Positions 61,701 through 64,000 of a stretch of 64,000 nucleotides of DNA are shown piece after piece. A program made the position numbers and the translations under genes. The first letter of the stretch is position 1; every line of letters starts with the position of its first letter. The DNA lies in assembly GCF_009914755.1 (NCBI RefSeq), contig NC_060937.1; one strand, 5' to 3'. The notes under the pieces were generated by a model, which was not told the DNA's origin, searched no databases, and saw only the letters and a list, made by a program, of their open reading frames with translations. Source of the DNA: the human T2T-CHM13v2.0 reference genome, Homo sapiens.

Positions 61701-64000
61701 GTGTACATAAAATATCAAATTACCCAAACTATACATTATATACTGTACATAAAGTATGAAATTACATCAAATATATATTATATTAGGTACATAAAATATG
61801 AAAGTACATCAAATATAAATTATATACTGTACATAAAATATCAAAGTACCCCCAATATATATTATATACTGTACATGAAATATCAAAGTTCAAAAACTAT
61901 ATATTATATACTGTACATAAAATATCAAAGTACACAAGGTATATATTCTATACTGTACAAAAAATATCAAAGTATCCAAAACATGTATTATATACTGTTC
62001 ATAAAATATCAAAGTACATCAAATATATATTTTATTCTGTACATAAAATATCAAAGTACACCAAATATATATTCTATAGTGTACATAAAATATCAAAGTA
62101 CCCAAACTATACATTATATACTGTACATAAAGTATGAAATTACATCAAATATATATTATATTAGGTACATAAAATATGAAAGTACATCAAGTATAGATTA
62201 TATACTGTACATAAAATATCAAAGTACCCCAAATATATATTATATACTGTACATGAAATATCAAAGTTCACAAACTATATATTATATACTGTAAATAAAA
62301 TATCAAAGTACCCAAGGTATATATTCTATACTGTACAAAAAATATCAAAGTACCCAAAGCATGTATTATATACTGTACATAAAATATGAAAGTACATCAA
62401 ATATATATTTAATTCTGTACATAAAATATCAAAGTACACCAAATATATATTCTATAGTGTACATAAAATATCAAAGTACCCAAACTATACATTATATACT
62501 GTACATAAAATATGAAATTACATCAAATATATATTATATTAGGCACATAAAATATGAAAGAATATCAATTATAGATTATATACTGTACATGAAATACCAA
62601 AGTACCCCAAATATATATTTTATACTGTACATGCAATATCAAAGTTCACAAACTACATATTATATACTGTACATAAATATCAATGTGCCCAAGGTATATA
62701 TTCTATGCTGTACAAAAAATATCAAAGTACCCAAAGCATGTATTATATACTGTACATAAAATATGAAAGTACATCAAATAAATATTTTATTCTGTACATA
62801 AAATATCAAAGTACACCAAATACATATTCTATAGTGTACATAAAATATCAAAGTACCCAAACTATACATTATGTACTGTACATAAAATATGAAATTACAT
62901 CAAATATATACTATATTATGTACATAAAATATGAAAGTACATCAAATATAGATTATATACTGTACATAAAATACCAAAGTTCCCCAAACAAATATTTTAT
63001 ACTGTACATGCAATATCAAAGTTCACAAACTATATATTATATACTGTACATAAAATATCAAAGTACCCAAGGTATATATTCTATACTCTACAAAAAATAT
63101 CAAAGTACCCAAAGCATGTATTATATACGGTACATAAAATATGAAAGTACATCAAATATATATTTAATTCTGTACATAAAATATCAAAGTACACCAAATA
63201 TATATTCTATACTGTACATAAAATATCAAAATTCACAAACTATACATTATATACTGTACATAAAATATGAAATTACATCAAATATATATTATATTAGGTA
63301 CATAAAATATGAAAGTACATCAAATATAGATTATATACTGTACATAAAATACCAAAGAACCCCAAATATATATTATATACTGTACATGAAATATCAAAGT
63401 TCACAAACTATATATTATATACTGTACATAAAATATCAAAGTACCCAAGGTATATATTCTACACTGTACAAAAAATGTCAAAGTACCCAAAGCATGTATT
63501 ATATACTGTTCATAAAATATGAAAGTACATCAAATATATATTTTATTCTGTACATAAAATATCAAAGTACACCAAATATACATTCTATAGTGTACATAAA
63601 ATATCAAATTACCCAAACTATACATTATATACTGTACATAAAATATGAAATTACATCAAATATATATTATATTAGGTACATAAAATATGAAAGTACATCA
63701 AATATATATTATATACTGTACATAAAGTACCAAATTAACCCAAATACATATTATATACTGTACATGAAATATCAAAGTTCACAAACTATATATTATATAC
63801 TGTACATAAAATATCAAAGTACCCAAGGTATCTATTCTATACTGTACAAAAAATATCAAAGTACCCAAAGCATGTATTATATACTGTACATAAAATATGA
63901 AAGTACATCAAATATATATTTTATTCTGTACATAAAATATCAAAGTACACCAAATATATATTCTATAGTGTACATAAAATATCAAAGTACCCAAACTATA
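49781..64000 (+). repeat. HOR subfamily N domain (more heterogeneous), with a small D island at about 59640-60150
   Basis: m8 reads acaccaaata, with its own variants (tattagttac, aaacatgt, agtgcatc, acatgaaatatat, caaatcaccc) and more private substitutions. Confidence 0.85.
54960..56800 (+). repeat. Run of five consecutive 377-bp HOR variants
   Basis: A net 1-bp-shorter m6 (cccaaacatg instead of cccaaagcatg) places ATGs at 55238, 55615, 55992, 56369 and 56746, a period of 377. Linked ataccttat and gtacatgaaatatga variants. Confidence 0.92.

Larger units (their letters stand above)
1..64000 (+). repeat. HSat1A (human satellite 1A / SAR) array of 42-bp monomers, roughly 1,500 copies, pericentromeric or acrocentric-type heterochromatin
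   Basis: The monomer GTACATAAAATATCAAA (17 bp) + GTACCCAAACTATACATTATATACT (25 bp) repeats head-to-tail across the window. It matches the classical satellite I structure of alternating 17/25-bp RsaI fragments. Very AT-rich, CpG almost absent, and a 14-aa period in all + strand ORFs. Confidence 0.96.
1..64000 (+). repeat. 378-bp higher-order repeat of 9 distinct monomers (about 170 copies)
   Basis: Fixed monomer order, labelled by translation: m1 KYEITSNIYYIRYI, m2 KYESTSNIDYILYI, m3 KYQSTPNIY(Y/F)ILYM, m4 KYQSSQTIYYILYI, m5 KYQSTQGIYSILYK, m6 KYQSTQSMYYILYI, m7 KYESTSNIYFILYI, m8 KYQSTP(N/D)IYSIVYI, m9 KYQSTQTIHYILYI. Markers attaggtac, aagttcacaa, caaggtat and aagcatgt each recur about every 378 bp. 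Confidence 0.96.

Noticed and set aside
127-62759. About 110 ORFs as protein-coding genes (repeat-protein family)
   Set aside because: They are translations of the 42-bp satellite. Starts and stops are set by random SNVs and indels, there are no unique domains, and frameshifting variants are amplified freely.
1-64000. CRISPR-like array (constant ctgtacataaaatat plus variable part)
   Set aside because: The variable parts are homologous to each other and cycle with period 9. There are no unique spacers, no leader and no cas genes.
1-64000. Alpha-satellite / CENP-B boxes, HSat1B, HSat2/3, telomeric repeats
   Set aside because: No 171-bp period, no TTCG...CGGG box, no Alu-derived segment, and no CATTC/GGAAT or TTAGGG runs seen.
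1-64000. Inversions or inserted transposons (L1/Alu)
   Set aside because: Every line read retains the same-strand monomer. I saw no reverse-complement block, GC-rich insert or poly(A) tail.
1-64000. TATA boxes / promoters and steroid-receptor half sites (GGTACA, TGTAC)
   Set aside because: Expected by composition in TA-rich DNA. No full palindromic response element or promoter context.
1-64000. Assignment to a particular chromosome
   Set aside because: HSat1A arrays occur on several human chromosomes (e.g. 3, 4, 13 and other acrocentrics). There is no unique flank here, so alignment to a T2T assembly is required.

Overview
The whole 64 kb window is one uninterrupted, single-orientation array of a very AT-rich 42-bp tandem repeat matching human classical satellite 1A (HSat1A / SAR). 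Each monomer is a 17-bp unit plus a 25-bp unit, bounded by GTAC sites. There are no genes, RNA genes, transposons or alpha-satellite. All listed ORFs arise because 42 is divisible by 3 and one + strand frame of the consensus lacks stop codons. The array is hierarchical: 42-bp monomer, then a 378-bp 9-monomer higher-order repeat (HOR, about 170 copies, with 373- and 377-bp variants), then a 751-bp HOR dimer, then 1.5-4.5 kb super-periods and a 10-11 kb block duplication. Two HOR subfamilies form domains. The most interesting hypothesis (inference, untested) is strand-specific RNA signals: about 6 perfect Pumilio elements (UGUANAUA) per HOR on the + strand, and one canonically spaced poly(A) signal per HOR on the - strand. 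The chromosome cannot be determined from the sequence alone. Boundaries were read by eye and are approximate; offsets come from the ORF track and diagnostic variants.
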